This document shows positions 48,401 through 55,699 of a DNA stretch of 64,000 nt, piece by piece. Below the pieces are notes generated by a model. The model saw only the letters and a list, made by a program, of their open reading frames with translations, ran no database searches and was not told the DNA's origin. Every line of letters starts with the position of its first letter. Positions within the stretch are counted from its first letter, which is position 1. Both the position numbers and the translations under genes were made by a program. Origin of the DNA: a virus; IMG/VR virus record IMGVR_UViG_3300014839_000005, positions 64,501 through 128,500 of that record; one strand, written 5' to 3'.

Positions 48401-48520
48401 TTTTGATTTAAGCGGTTTAATAATAGCATTTACTACTCTTCTAAACATATCGTGTTCATTTTTTTCCCCAGGATGTAGATATCGTTCTTTTAACACATCT
48501 CTTACTGCCTCATTAATCAT
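45473..48520 (-). CDS. nrdJ: Class II (B12-dependent) ribonucleotide reductase, intein-containing
   Basis: PNSP, SACFV, GGGTG, GEPG, TNPC/GEQPL, TIAPTG, KGLTVYRDGSR, C-terminal zinc ribbon; no beta-subunit gene adjacent. Confidence 0.9.
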   Translation of the reverse strand: MINEAVRDVLKERYLHPGEKNEHDMFRRVVNAIIKPLKSKKKELAESFLNALEEGTVMPNSPALMNLGGDLPMASACFVLPLEDSMHGIFESLHNVAMVHKMGGGTGLCFSSLRPTDSLVKSTNGKASGPLSFLKVFDAATNVIKQGGKRRGANMATFDVGHPNVFDFITIKDKEGEISNFNLSVMLTDKFMESVKNNQSWELKWQDKVYQTVQARDLFDTIVRQSWKNGEPGILFIDTINREQVPEGFTKDIINCTNPCFSGDCFLSTKNGYEQLKYLDGKEVIIKTPVGNVKGKVWKTGVKKTITLKCFGSNDLKVTPNHIIMTSDGREIQAKDTTGERLRAFSEPSSDHNLLWVKLGYIQGDGNLGRLKSKYRHKGLEINIGENDDDILKLFNYERDGRKYYTDEFTDILKKYEFSEESLPYRTLPTIIDRVTLLQLKSFLRGLYSANGSVITTSRIALKSTCKKMIEKVQSLLLLFDIDSYITTNKTRLNKFKNGEYMMKESYDLNIGQFANIVKFYEEIGFVHSYKTESLLNLLIERCPKVYKIEENTFPEEVYDFSAPGVNWGFVNDFVVHNCGEQPLADWGSCNLAAINLGLMVKKNDKDQYEFDYEKFEKNIELIIQMLDMILDVNKFPLPQIEKKSLESRRIGAGIMGFADLLIKLHIKYGSPECIELVHNIMSFYKEKANAVSIAMGGGKRKHKALLTIAPTGTTSMFCNASSGIEPYFNYYHERVINDKRVLVFEGIVNDKISEDQKQYIIDCSKNNIPVDYSKISLPEYFVRSLEIPWQDHIKVQAAFQQYVDSSISKTVGLPNSATEKDVADAIFMAWELKCKGLTVYRDGSREKQVLNNVGSVGKKTDDPDSQIVHGEITLPQEMDAKTYRIKASLGKEEPDQSFYIHIGLIKRRPVQLFIDYKRQSDNATEANQLKAQMIESLGMSISYQMRYGVPLTVIIKQLKKIPFSWMMSLHVQIANILSKYLDQTAGICDKCKGKIEYKEGCRTCPCGHSNGCDH
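46787..47743 (-). mobile_element. Intein (319 aa) with a LAGLIDADG endonuclease
   Basis: CFSGD start, VVHN end, Cys at +1; LGYIQGDG and FLRGLYSANG motifs. Confidence 0.9.
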
Positions 48521-48852
48521 AAGTATCTTCCTCCTGTTATTCCCAAATTAGTATTATAAATATTATTTTCTGTATATATCCATTCAGTTTGATTAACATT
48601 AATTGTATTAAATATTGTATCTTGAATGCCAGGTGTATTTACAATATTTGTTTCATCCCACTGATAATGCCAATTAGTATCAGTACCAGTGTCAGTATCT
48701 ATTCGCCATTCAGTCATATTAGCATTTACTGCACCAAATATAGCATTATATTGAAAATGCCAAGCATCTCTTTTTCCAGATAATAATTTTTTCCAATCTA
48801 ATAATGCATAATGTTCTTGAGTGTCTGTAAAACTAAATAACAATTCTTTCAT
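48517..48852 (-). CDS. Hypothetical protein
   Basis: GGAGG RBS; ATGA overlap with nrdJ. Confidence 0.6.
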   Translation of the reverse strand: MKELLFSFTDTQEHYALLDWKKLLSGKRDAWHFQYNAIFGAVNANMTEWRIDTDTGTDTNWHYQWDETNIVNTPGIQDTIFNTINVNQTEWIYTENNIYNTNLGITGGRYL

Positions 48853-49019
48853 TAGCTATCCTCCTTTGGGATAGCCACATACTCAGGCTTTTCTCCATAT
48901 TCACCTTCAATTTTAATTCCTTCAGACTCTATATTGAGCCTATTCATATTTGTTATCATATTATCTAATTTTGGTTTTAGTTTTTCAGGAACCGAAATTA
49001 AGATGAATACTCTAGCCAT
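48852..49019 (-). CDS. 55-aa hypothetical protein (MARVFILISVPEK...)
   Basis: AAGGA RBS; TAATG coupling to the next gene. Confidence 0.55.
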   Translation of the reverse strand: MARVFILISVPEKLKPKLDNMITNMNRLNIESEGIKIEGEYGEKPEYVAIPKEDS

Positions 49020-49039
49020 ATAATGTCCTTTCAGTAATT

Positions 49040-49065
49040 AAAAAAAAGGGCGCAATGTAGCGCCC
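49040..49065 (-). terminator. Intrinsic terminator
   Basis: GGGCGC-TACATT-GCGCCC plus T7 or longer. Confidence 0.8.
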
Positions 49066-49068
49066 ATA

Positions 49069-49103
49069 CATTATTGTTATTACAGAAAAAACATTATTCT
49101 AAC
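49069..49103 (-). promoter_or_regulatory. Dyad motif, copy 7 (one mismatch)
   Basis: On minus: GTTAG-N18-ATAAC-AATAATG. Confidence 0.6.
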
Positions 49104-49107
49104 CCCG

Positions 49108-49317
49108 TTAGATTTGTTCTGATATTTTATCGACACCTTCCTGAATTGATGTCAATCCAGTCTCGATGTCATCTACTGCTGTATCCCATGTATCAAGAAG
49201 AGTTTCGAGTTCATCAGAGATTTCTCTTAACTCATCTCTTTTCTTAGCCATTTCATCCTTTTTTGCCGTTATCTTGGCAACTAAGGTTTTTATTTCTTCA
49301 ATTTTCATATCTTTCAT
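49108..49317 (-). CDS. Small acidic coiled-coil protein
   Basis: Start reassigned to the TAATG overlap; heptad pattern. Confidence 0.6.
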   Translation of the reverse strand: MKDMKIEEIKTLVAKITAKKDEMAKKRDELREISDELETLLDTWDTAVDDIETGLTSIQEGVDKISEQI

Positions 49318-49661
49318 TACCATCTCCTGTCTGGATTTTGTTCCAGTTCTGCCATGGTTCTTGATACTTCGTCGCAATTGTATGAAATATCGGATTCACC
49401 ATCTAAGGCGTCGACCATATCGGATAAATTCGTATTGGAACCTTCAAGATCTGATACTACCAAATCCAGGTCACTGTCTGCGTCGGGGCCAATCAGACAG
49501 CGAAGTGTATCACATAACCCACTGATTGTTACTATTTTTGGATTTAAATCCGCCTTAGCTATTTTAATGGATGCTAAAACCTCATCTTCTTTTGTTTTGA
49601 TTTCACTCAGAATTTTCTCTATCTCATTTTTGTGGGTTTTCCACTGATCTTCACTTGACAT
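49317..49661 (-). CDS. Acidic coiled-coil protein
   Basis: Start reassigned to MSSEDQ after GGAG; the upstream ORF-track extension overlaps a tRNA. Confidence 0.65.
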   Translation of the reverse strand: MSSEDQWKTHKNEIEKILSEIKTKEDEVLASIKIAKADLNPKIVTISGLCDTLRCLIGPDADSDLDLVVSDLEGSNTNLSDMVDALDGESDISYNCDEVSRTMAELEQNPDRRW

Positions 49662-49702
49662 AATAATCTCTCCTAAAAAAGGGTTAATTAATATAAAATA
49701 AA

Positions 49703-49776
49703 TCGGAGTGACTGGACTCGAACCAGCAACCGCGTGGTCCCAAACCACGAACTCTAACCTATTGAGCTACACTCCG
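49703..49776 (-). tRNA. tRNA-Pro(TGG)
   Basis: Cloverleaf: CGGAGTG/CACTCCG acceptor, CGTGG-TTTGGGA-CCACG anticodon arm, GGTTCGAGTCC T arm. Confidence 0.95.
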
Positions 49777-50268
49777 TTTTTTGCGCATCCAAAGTCTATC
49801 ATATTCTCTTTTACCCTTAATGCATAGTAAACATCTACATTTATGATAATGATAACCATTTTTGGTTCCATGCGGAATTGATTTTTTAAATCTTAACGGA
49901 ATATAATAACTATTAGCACAAGAAATACTACAAAAATGTTTATCTTTCTTTGTAATGCGCCGTTTCCATATTTTAAATGGTTTTTTACAATAAAAACAAA
50001 TAAGTTTTACAATATTCTTTTTTCGTAAATGATATTTATTATGTTCTATTATAGTTGTTATTTTTAAATTACGATAATTGTTATGTTTTGTATTTTTATC
50101 ATTGTGATGGATAATTTCCTCTGGAAGTAAATATCTTTTAATATGTCTTTCAGCGATATATCTATGTAATAATATTCTTCCCCTTTTATCACAATAAGGA
50201 TGACAAAAATTAGTAATACATAAATATTTTCCCCTACTAGTAATTGGAAAACCATCAATAGATCTCAT
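49759..50268 (-). CDS. HNH homing endonuclease-like protein
   Basis: HRYIAE...IHHNDK...NN..NL; CxxC motifs. Confidence 0.75.
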   Translation of the reverse strand: MRSIDGFPITSRGKYLCITNFCHPYCDKRGRILLHRYIAERHIKRYLLPEEIIHHNDKNTKHNNYRNLKITTIIEHNKYHLRKKNIVKLICFYCKKPFKIWKRRITKKDKHFCSISCANSYYIPLRFKKSIPHGTKNGYHYHKCRCLLCIKGKREYDRLWMRKKRSVAQ

Positions 50269-50282
50269 AATATTTTCCTAAA

Positions 50283-50732
50283 CTACTTTAGAGTATTTAA
50301 TTTGACAAACTCTTCAAATTCTTTAATCGTTTTAATGACAATGTCAGGAAGTTTTTCATTATGTTTGAAATAAAGATGGAAAAACTTATGGTGCTTAGAA
50401 ACGCCTTTTGTAGCATTGGCATCAAAAAACATACAATCATTGCCATTTTCAATTATATCGCCAACCTCGATATTTATATCCCAAACATAACGTTCCTGTT
50501 CTTCTATGCTTTTTGTCCAATCTCCTTTATGCCAATGCCATTCTAATGTTATCTCACCTTCCCCGTTGGCAGATAATTCATCAGGACACATTAAATGTGC
50601 AGCACTGAGTTTAGATAATACATCTACAACATTTGCATAACCAGAAAATGGAACAGCATCTCCTTCTTTATATTTATAAGCATCCATTAATAATTTTGGT
50701 AAATCAACAATCATTAACGTTTTGTATGACAT
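50283..50732 (-). CDS. Hypothetical protein
   Basis: 149-aa ORF in a coupled gene string. Confidence 0.6.
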   Translation of the reverse strand: MSYKTLMIVDLPKLLMDAYKYKEGDAVPFSGYANVVDVLSKLSAAHLMCPDELSANGEGEITLEWHWHKGDWTKSIEEQERYVWDINIEVGDIIENGNDCMFFDANATKGVSKHHKFFHLYFKHNEKLPDIVIKTIKEFEEFVKLNTLK

Positions 50733-50914
50733 AAATGTTTTCCTGTTTTATAAGATTCGTCATATGATTTTTGTTCCTCTTCTGACGATCTTGGATAATC
50801 CATTTTTTGACATATTTTGGCAATTGCCGTACTTTGAATTTGAAATGGTCGACCAGCTCCTATTCTAGCCCAATCTCCTTTTCTAAAAATCTCTTTCTTC
50901 ATCGAGCTTCCCAC
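50714..50914 (-). CDS. Small hypothetical protein
   Basis: Overlapping gene string. Confidence 0.5.
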   Translation of the reverse strand: MGSSMKKEIFRKGDWARIGAGRPFQIQSTAIAKICQKMDYPRSSEEEQKSYDESYKTGKHLCHTKR

Positions 50915-51083
50915 TCCTTACTAGTTCGTCATGGATGGACTTTTTATGTTCAGTAATATATTGAACAACATCTGGAAACTTTCCTATCCAATCCTGGCCA
51001 ATAAGCCAATCTAGATAATCAGCAGGAATATTATCCATATCCCTGCCTTTATATTTACCAAACGGCATTAAGTTGTTTGGCAT
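50883..51083 (-). CDS. DUF3820-like small protein
   Basis: MPFGKYKG...IPADYLDWL. Confidence 0.7.
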   Translation of the reverse strand: MPNNLMPFGKYKGRDMDNIPADYLDWLIGQDWIGKFPDVVQYITEHKKSIHDELVRSGKLDEERDF

Positions 51084-51298
51084 TCAACCTCCTGCTTTGT
51101 ATGTTCACATCTTAAACATTTTCCTTCAAAATGCCATGTGACAGCTTCGCAGACTTTACATTCCAATGTATGAACATGACCAGTCCTGGCAAGTCTATTG
51201 ACACAAATAGAAGGAGGGTCGCAAAAACATTTACATATTCCATCAGGGCAGTTGCAACCTTCAGCATGAATATCAATTTCAGAACTCATTCTTCCCAC
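51068..51298 (-). CDS. Small Cys-rich protein
   Basis: Multiple CxC/CxxC motifs. Confidence 0.45.
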   Translation of the reverse strand: MGRMSSEIDIHAEGCNCPDGICKCFCDPPSICVNRLARTGHVHTLECKVCEAVTWHFEGKCLRCEHTKQEVECQTT

Positions 51299-51675
51299 CG
51301 ATCTTCCATTAATTTAATTACTTCAGGAGGAACGGGATGAATTGTTCCAAAATTTCCCCTACATATATAAATTGACAATTTTGCCTTAGCTCTATTGGCA
51401 ATATCTATATAAGGTGCTATTTCCTGATACTGAGTAAAAGTATTGGAAACAACACAACTTTCTCCATGCATAAGATTATAAAATGTTTGAGCAAGGCAGG
51501 ATGCGTGATAATAACCGGCATTTTCTTTTACATATAGATATTGATCATCGGGGCATTCAGGAACCCACATATCGGCTTCTAAATGGGCGGCATCATGTTC
51601 TTCAGCATACTTCTTGGCAAAAGTAGATTTACCTGACCCAGGCAATCCTCTTACCAATAAAAGAAAAGTAGCCAT
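51286..51675 (-). CDS. P-loop kinase (AAA_33/PNK-kinase-like)
   Basis: VRGLPGSGKST, VVSNTF. Confidence 0.8.
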   Translation of the reverse strand: MATFLLLVRGLPGSGKSTFAKKYAEEHDAAHLEADMWVPECPDDQYLYVKENAGYYHASCLAQTFYNLMHGESCVVSNTFTQYQEIAPYIDIANRAKAKLSIYICRGNFGTIHPVPPEVIKLMEDRWEE

Positions 51676-51709
51676 ATAGTAACCTTTCTAGTAACCGTGT
51701 TAAGATCAA

Positions 51710-51946
51710 TTATTTAATCGTATCTTTTTTTACTTTATGAACAGTATCAACAACTGTCTTTACAACAGGAACTAAAGTATCATATTTATACCACTTACTT
51801 GAATCGCACTTCCAGACCTTACCTGAATCAATAACGACTCGATATTTGCCAATACTCTGTGCGGTTGATTTAACTGGAGTGGCAGAAAATATTCTAACAG
51901 AAACTATAGCAATAAGTAACAGAATAATAGCAAAATTTTGTTTCAT
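51710..51946 (-). CDS. Small secreted or membrane protein
   Basis: Signal-peptide-like N-terminus MKQNFAIILLLIAIVS; GGGAG RBS. Confidence 0.6.
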   Translation of the reverse strand: MKQNFAIILLLIAIVSVRIFSATPVKSTAQSIGKYRVVIDSGKVWKCDSSKWYKYDTLVPVVKTVVDTVHKVKKDTIK

Positions 51947-51965
51947 TATAATCTCCCTTGTTTGA

Positions 51966-52268
51966 TTATTCAAAAAGTTCTAAAGATGTTATTATCTTTT
52001 TTTCACATTCATCAATTACTTTGTTTAACTCTGAAATTTTATCGAAATAACTCTGAATTTGTTGTCTGATAATTGATAATTCATTTAATGCTTCTTTCAA
52101 ATCAGACAGAATAAATTCTTTTCTAAATTTTTTAGCATATTTTTCGATCCATTCCTGAATAGCTTCTTGACCTGGATCGCAACCTCGTCTTTCACCTTCT
52201 TGCCATTTATATAACTCAATAGCCTTTTTTTGAGCTTCCATGAAGGATGCAAATATTGCTTCATTCAT
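51966..52268 (-). CDS. Hypothetical protein with a C-terminal coiled coil
   Basis: AGGAG RBS; YKWQEGERRGCDPG...EWIEKY. Confidence 0.65.
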   Translation of the reverse strand: MNEAIFASFMEAQKKAIELYKWQEGERRGCDPGQEAIQEWIEKYAKKFRKEFILSDLKEALNELSIIRQQIQSYFDKISELNKVIDECEKKIITSLELFE

Positions 52269-52291
52269 ATGAATACTCCTAGGTAAAATAA

Positions 52292-52388
52292 GGGAGCCCT
52301 CGTCTTTATGGGGGAGATACGCTTAACTCGATACTCCCCGTTAGACAGCACTGCATTCCAGTTAAGTGGACGCAGGTGGAGGACTCCC
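52292..52388 (-). ncRNA. Candidate three-way-junction RNA with complementary (kissing) loops
   Basis: 10-bp closing stem GGGAGUCCUC/GAGGGCUCCC; loops CUUAAC and AGUUAAG are complementary. Confidence 0.55.
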
Positions 52389-52402
52389 AATAATTAAAGC
52401 TC

Positions 52403-52437
52403 CCTAATTGTTATTTCATATTAATGAAATTAATAAC
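52403..52437 (-). promoter_or_regulatory. Dyad motif, copy 8
   Basis: Half-sites at 52410-52414 and 52433-52437. Confidence 0.65.
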
Positions 52438-52442
52438 TGGGA

Positions 52443-52685
52443 TTATTTTGGCTTGGCCTCATTAACAACTAGAGGACGGGAATCTACTATTTTTCCATTT
52501 AGCTTTATAATAGCCTGATCATGGTTAGTCATTTCAATAAAACCAAAGCCTTTTGATCTGCCTGTTTCTCTATCCTTGATAATCTTTACACTATACACTT
52601 CTCCAACAGTAGCAAACAGGTCTCTTAATTCGTCTTCGGTAACTTTCCATGGAAGATTACCTACAAACAGTTTACCAGTACCCAC
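52443..52685 (-). CDS. RRM (RNA recognition motif) protein
   Basis: RNP2 KLFVGNL, RNP1 SKGFGFIEM; GGAGG RBS, GTG start. Confidence 0.92.
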   Translation of the reverse strand: MGTGKLFVGNLPWKVTEDELRDLFATVGEVYSVKIIKDRETGRSKGFGFIEMTNHDQAIIKLNGKIVDSRPLVVNEAKPK

Positions 52686-52764
52686 AAAGACCCTCCTTTA
52701 AAATAAGACTACAAACATTAATATCTAATATTATAAATATAATAAATTTCAGTATTAATAGCTA

Positions 52765-53109
52765 TCAGCACCCAAACGATAAATCAGTTCCAAACATATT
52801 TGTCTTTCCTTCACATGATAATACTCCATAACAACTGCCATCATATGATGCTGATTCTCTTCTATCCATTATTCTTTTATTTTTGATTTTTCTTTTATTA
52901 CATTTAAATTTATGCCGTAAGAAACTAAGATCAAGTTTGTGATGATATTGGCGTCGTTCAATTTTTCTTCGTTGGCGTTTTCTTCGTTCTTTTCTTTTAG
53001 GTCGTATTCTAGGCCTTCCCACACGTCTGGGCCTCCCTACTTTTCTATTTTTCTTAATTCTAGGCCTTCCAACTCTTCTCGATCTACCGCGACGCCTTTT
53101 TTTAGCCAT
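52765..53109 (-). CDS. Arg/Lys-rich basic protein with three AT-hook-like VGRPR motifs
   Basis: GAGGT RBS; highly basic N-terminal 80 aa. Confidence 0.65.
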   Translation of the reverse strand: MAKKRRRGRSRRVGRPRIKKNRKVGRPRRVGRPRIRPKRKERRKRQRRKIERRQYHHKLDLSFLRHKFKCNKRKIKNKRIMDRRESASYDGSCYGVLSCEGKTNMFGTDLSFGC

Positions 53110-53154
53110 AGTACCTCATAGCTGAAAAAAAACAAACTTATAACTTTATGAGTC

Positions 53155-54414
53155 TTGTGAGAGAAAACCACGGGCCTCGTGCCCGTGGATGAATCGAGTC
53201 ATTAAATAGTTTAAAATAAACCTTATATTTTGTGCAAAACAGAGTATATTACTACCAAATGCGCAAAACCTTTAAATATCGTCTATACCCTACAAGACTT
53301 CAGATAACCAAGATGAATAACATCTTAGAACTGACTCGATGGGTCTATAATGAAACCCTTGCGCTTCGAAAAAACGCCTGGGAGTCTGAAAAGAAATCCA
53401 TCTCTTTGTATGATACTGCTAACCATCTTCCCATTTGGAAATCTCAGAGACCAGAACTTCATAATGTACACTCTCAAATTTTGCAGAATGCTCAAATCAG
53501 AGTAGACCTTGCTTTTAAAGCTTTCTGGAGACGCTGTAAGGCTGGTGAAAAACCGGGCTTTCCTCGTTTCAAAGGAAAAGGCTGGTACGATTCTGTCACT
53601 TATCCTCAGTCCGGGTTTAGACTTCATCCTGACGGGGTGTATCTTTCTAAGATCGACCGTGTCAAGATTATCCTTCATAGACCTATCGAAGGTAAAATTA
53701 AAACCTGTACTGTTAAAAGGACTCCTACAAATAAGTGGTACGTATATTTTTCTTGCATTATTGAGCAACCAGAACCTCTTCCAAAAACTGATAAAATTGT
53801 TGGGATCGATCTCGGACTTATTACTTATGTCCAATGCTCGGATGGATCTAAAATAGACAAACCTCGATTTTTTAATGAGGAAAAGAAAGCTCTTGCTCAG
53901 GCTAAAAGGCGAGAGAATATAACTTTTAAAGCCAAACATAAAAGAGTTTTGGCTATGATCCACGAGAGGATAAAAAACAAGAGAGAGGATTTTTGTCACA
54001 AAACTTCTAAGAAACTTGTAGATAAGTATGATTTTATCGCTCATGAAGACCTTAACGTTAAAAATCTTATTGAGAAAAAAGAAAATAGTAAAAACATTTC
54101 TGATGCTTCTTGGTCTACTTTGATCCAATACACGACCGCCAAGGCTGAAAGCGCCGGGCGAGTCGTGGTAGCAGTAGACCCAAGGGGTACAAGTCAGAGA
54201 TGCTCCCAATGTGGGACTGATGTTCCTAAGACTATCGAGATTCGAGTACATCATTGTCCTCATTGTGGTTTTAAGACTGGCAGAGATTTAAACTCTGCCT
54301 TAGAGATACTCAGACTCGGGATGGAGTCTGTTGAGCGACCGTCGCGTTGCCGCAAGGCAGTTGCGCTGGTTTGACTCATGGAAGCCACGCCCCTTGTGGG
54401 CGTGGAGCATTCAC
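53155..54414 (+). mobile_element. IS200/IS605-family (IS1341-type, tnpB-only) element
   Basis: Subterminal hairpins CCACGGGC/GCCCGTGG (53168-88) and CCACGCCC/GGGCGTGG (54385-405); right end TTCAC; left boundary approximate. Confidence 0.8.
53232..54374 (+). CDS. tnpB: RNA-guided endonuclease TnpB
   Basis: KTFKYRLYP, GIDLG, HEDL, CSQC...CPHC, RDLNSA; RuvC D-E-D triad present. Confidence 0.92.
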   Translation: MQNRVYYYQMRKTFKYRLYPTRLQITKMNNILELTRWVYNETLALRKNAWESEKKSISLYDTANHLPIWKSQRPELHNVHSQILQNAQIRVDLAFKAFWRRCKAGEKPGFPRFKGKGWYDSVTYPQSGFRLHPDGVYLSKIDRVKIILHRPIEGKIKTCTVKRTPTNKWYVYFSCIIEQPEPLPKTDKIVGIDLGLITYVQCSDGSKIDKPRFFNEEKKALAQAKRRENITFKAKHKRVLAMIHERIKNKREDFCHKTSKKLVDKYDFIAHEDLNVKNLIEKKENSKNISDASWSTLIQYTTAKAESAGRVVVAVDPRGTSQRCSQCGTDVPKTIEIRVHHCPHCGFKTGRDLNSALEILRLGMESVERPSRCRKAVALV

Positions 54415-54620
54415 TATACTATTAACTTCTTTGCATCTTCCATAAGTTCTTCCAATTGTTTTTGAGCTTCTTTACATAATTGTCTAAGTTTATCTATTTC
54501 AATTATCAATGAAGATTTTTCACTGAATCCCGCATTAAATCCTTTTTGAAAACAATCTTCTCCTGGACAAAATGGTCCTTTTTCACAATGACTTTTACAC
54601 TGTTCAAGTTCATGACTCAT
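54414..54620 (-). CDS. Small Cys-rich protein, probable paralog of 54915-55136
   Basis: C-x3-C...C..EDCF.KGF.A pattern; AAGGAG RBS. Confidence 0.55.
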   Translation of the reverse strand: MSHELEQCKSHCEKGPFCPGEDCFQKGFNAGFSEKSSLIIEIDKLRQLCKEAQKQLEELMEDAKKLIV

Positions 54621-54648
54621 TCAATACTCCTTTGCGTTATTGTAAGCA

Positions 54649-54900
54649 GAGTTGCCGCCCCAGATTCTGGCCGGTCATTTATTGTCATTTATCACTGGAG
54701 CCAACCTCTTCTTATATCGAGGAAGGAATCCTCTTTTACTCCATTAATAAAAGAGTAAAGGACTCGATATAATAAATCTGGGCGCAACTCCTCGGAGCCG
54801 AATTGCACTAGGCAAGGACTCCGTAAAAAATGTAAGGAGGGGACGGTATATGCTATGTTCCATTTTTGTCCGTCCCACGTGCATAGCTTCGACGCCGGCA
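54649..54900 (-). ncRNA. Candidate structured RNA with an H-type pseudoknot
   Basis: Interleaved stems GCUAUG/CAUAGC and GGGACGG/CCGUCCC; 10-bp UUAUAUCGAG/CUCGAUAUAA; closing GAGUUGC/GCAACUC. Confidence 0.45.
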
Positions 54901-54914
54901 TTTCTACCGCTCCA

Positions 54915-55136
54915 TTAAAATACTTTATGTGGCAATTTTATAATTGCTGCACCATATCCAGCTTTATCAGATAAGTGTATGATATCAGTATATTTCTCTT
55001 CAATCGCTTTCATACAAGCTATCCATCCGGCAGTAAAACATTCTTCACTATTACATTCAGAACCACATTCACAGGAATTTAAGCATTCTCCATAACTATT
55101 ATTTATTTTATCTTTAATTTTCATATTTTTCTCCAT
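54915..55136 (-). CDS. Small Cys-rich protein
   Basis: CLNSCECGSECNSEECFTAGW. Confidence 0.55.
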   Translation of the reverse strand: MEKNMKIKDKINNSYGECLNSCECGSECNSEECFTAGWIACMKAIEEKYTDIIHLSDKAGYGAAIIKLPHKVF

Positions 55137-55310
55137 ATATTATGTCTCTACTTATTATAGATAACTCCTCGCAAGATATGGATTCTCCCAAGGAATATTA
55201 TCCTGATATTTTTTTGGGCGGGTCCTCTTTTTCCTTCTGGTAGAAGGTAGCTGTCACCAGCGAGAACGGCCTCAGACAGTTTTGAGACGGCGACTGAGAA
55301 GGCTTATTCA

Positions 55311-55652
55311 TTAACTTAATGTTACCTGTGCTATCGTTTTTAGTTCTATATGCAAATCATGCTTACAATAGGGACATTGAATGGGAGTTTTTTGAGGAAT
55401 AGGAATATGCTTCATCGGTAATTCAGGCGTAGAAAAAATTTCAGGATCAGGTTTATATTTACATTTGTCGCCTTTTTTAAATTCTTTTTTAGCACAAACA
55501 AATGACCATCCCCCATTAATTAATTCCTGAACCATTTGTCCCTTATATCCAGCATCATTTTTTCCCATTAACATCATATCATTAATAATGCCGCCATGTA
55601 TATGATAAGCAACTGAACCAACAGGAATTATATCTGTAACCTTCAATTTCAT
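55311..55652 (-). CDS. Hypothetical protein with a C-terminal CxxC
   Basis: AAGGAG RBS. Confidence 0.6.
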   Translation of the reverse strand: MKLKVTDIIPVGSVAYHIHGGIINDMMLMGKNDAGYKGQMVQELINGGWSFVCAKKEFKKGDKCKYKPDPEIFSTPELPMKHIPIPQKTPIQCPYCKHDLHIELKTIAQVTLS

Positions 55653-55665
55653 ATTATCTCCTTTT

Positions 55666-55696
55666 AAAAAAAGAGGGGAGTTGTTATCCTCCCCTT
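55666..55696 (-). terminator. Intrinsic terminator
   Basis: GGGGAG-loop-CTCCCC plus T-run. Confidence 0.75.
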
Positions 55697-55699
55697 AAT

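Noticed and set aside
49662-49748. N-terminal extension of ORF 49317-49748
   Set aside because: Overlaps tRNA-Pro; a better start with RBS exists at 49661.
53325-54263. 312-aa antisense ORF
   Set aside because: Shadow of tnpB on the opposite strand; no recognisable motif.
55198-55311. GC-rich stretch as an ncRNA
   Set aside because: Better explained by a 37-aa ORF coupled by TAATG to the upstream gene; hairpins are short. Neither reading is well supported.
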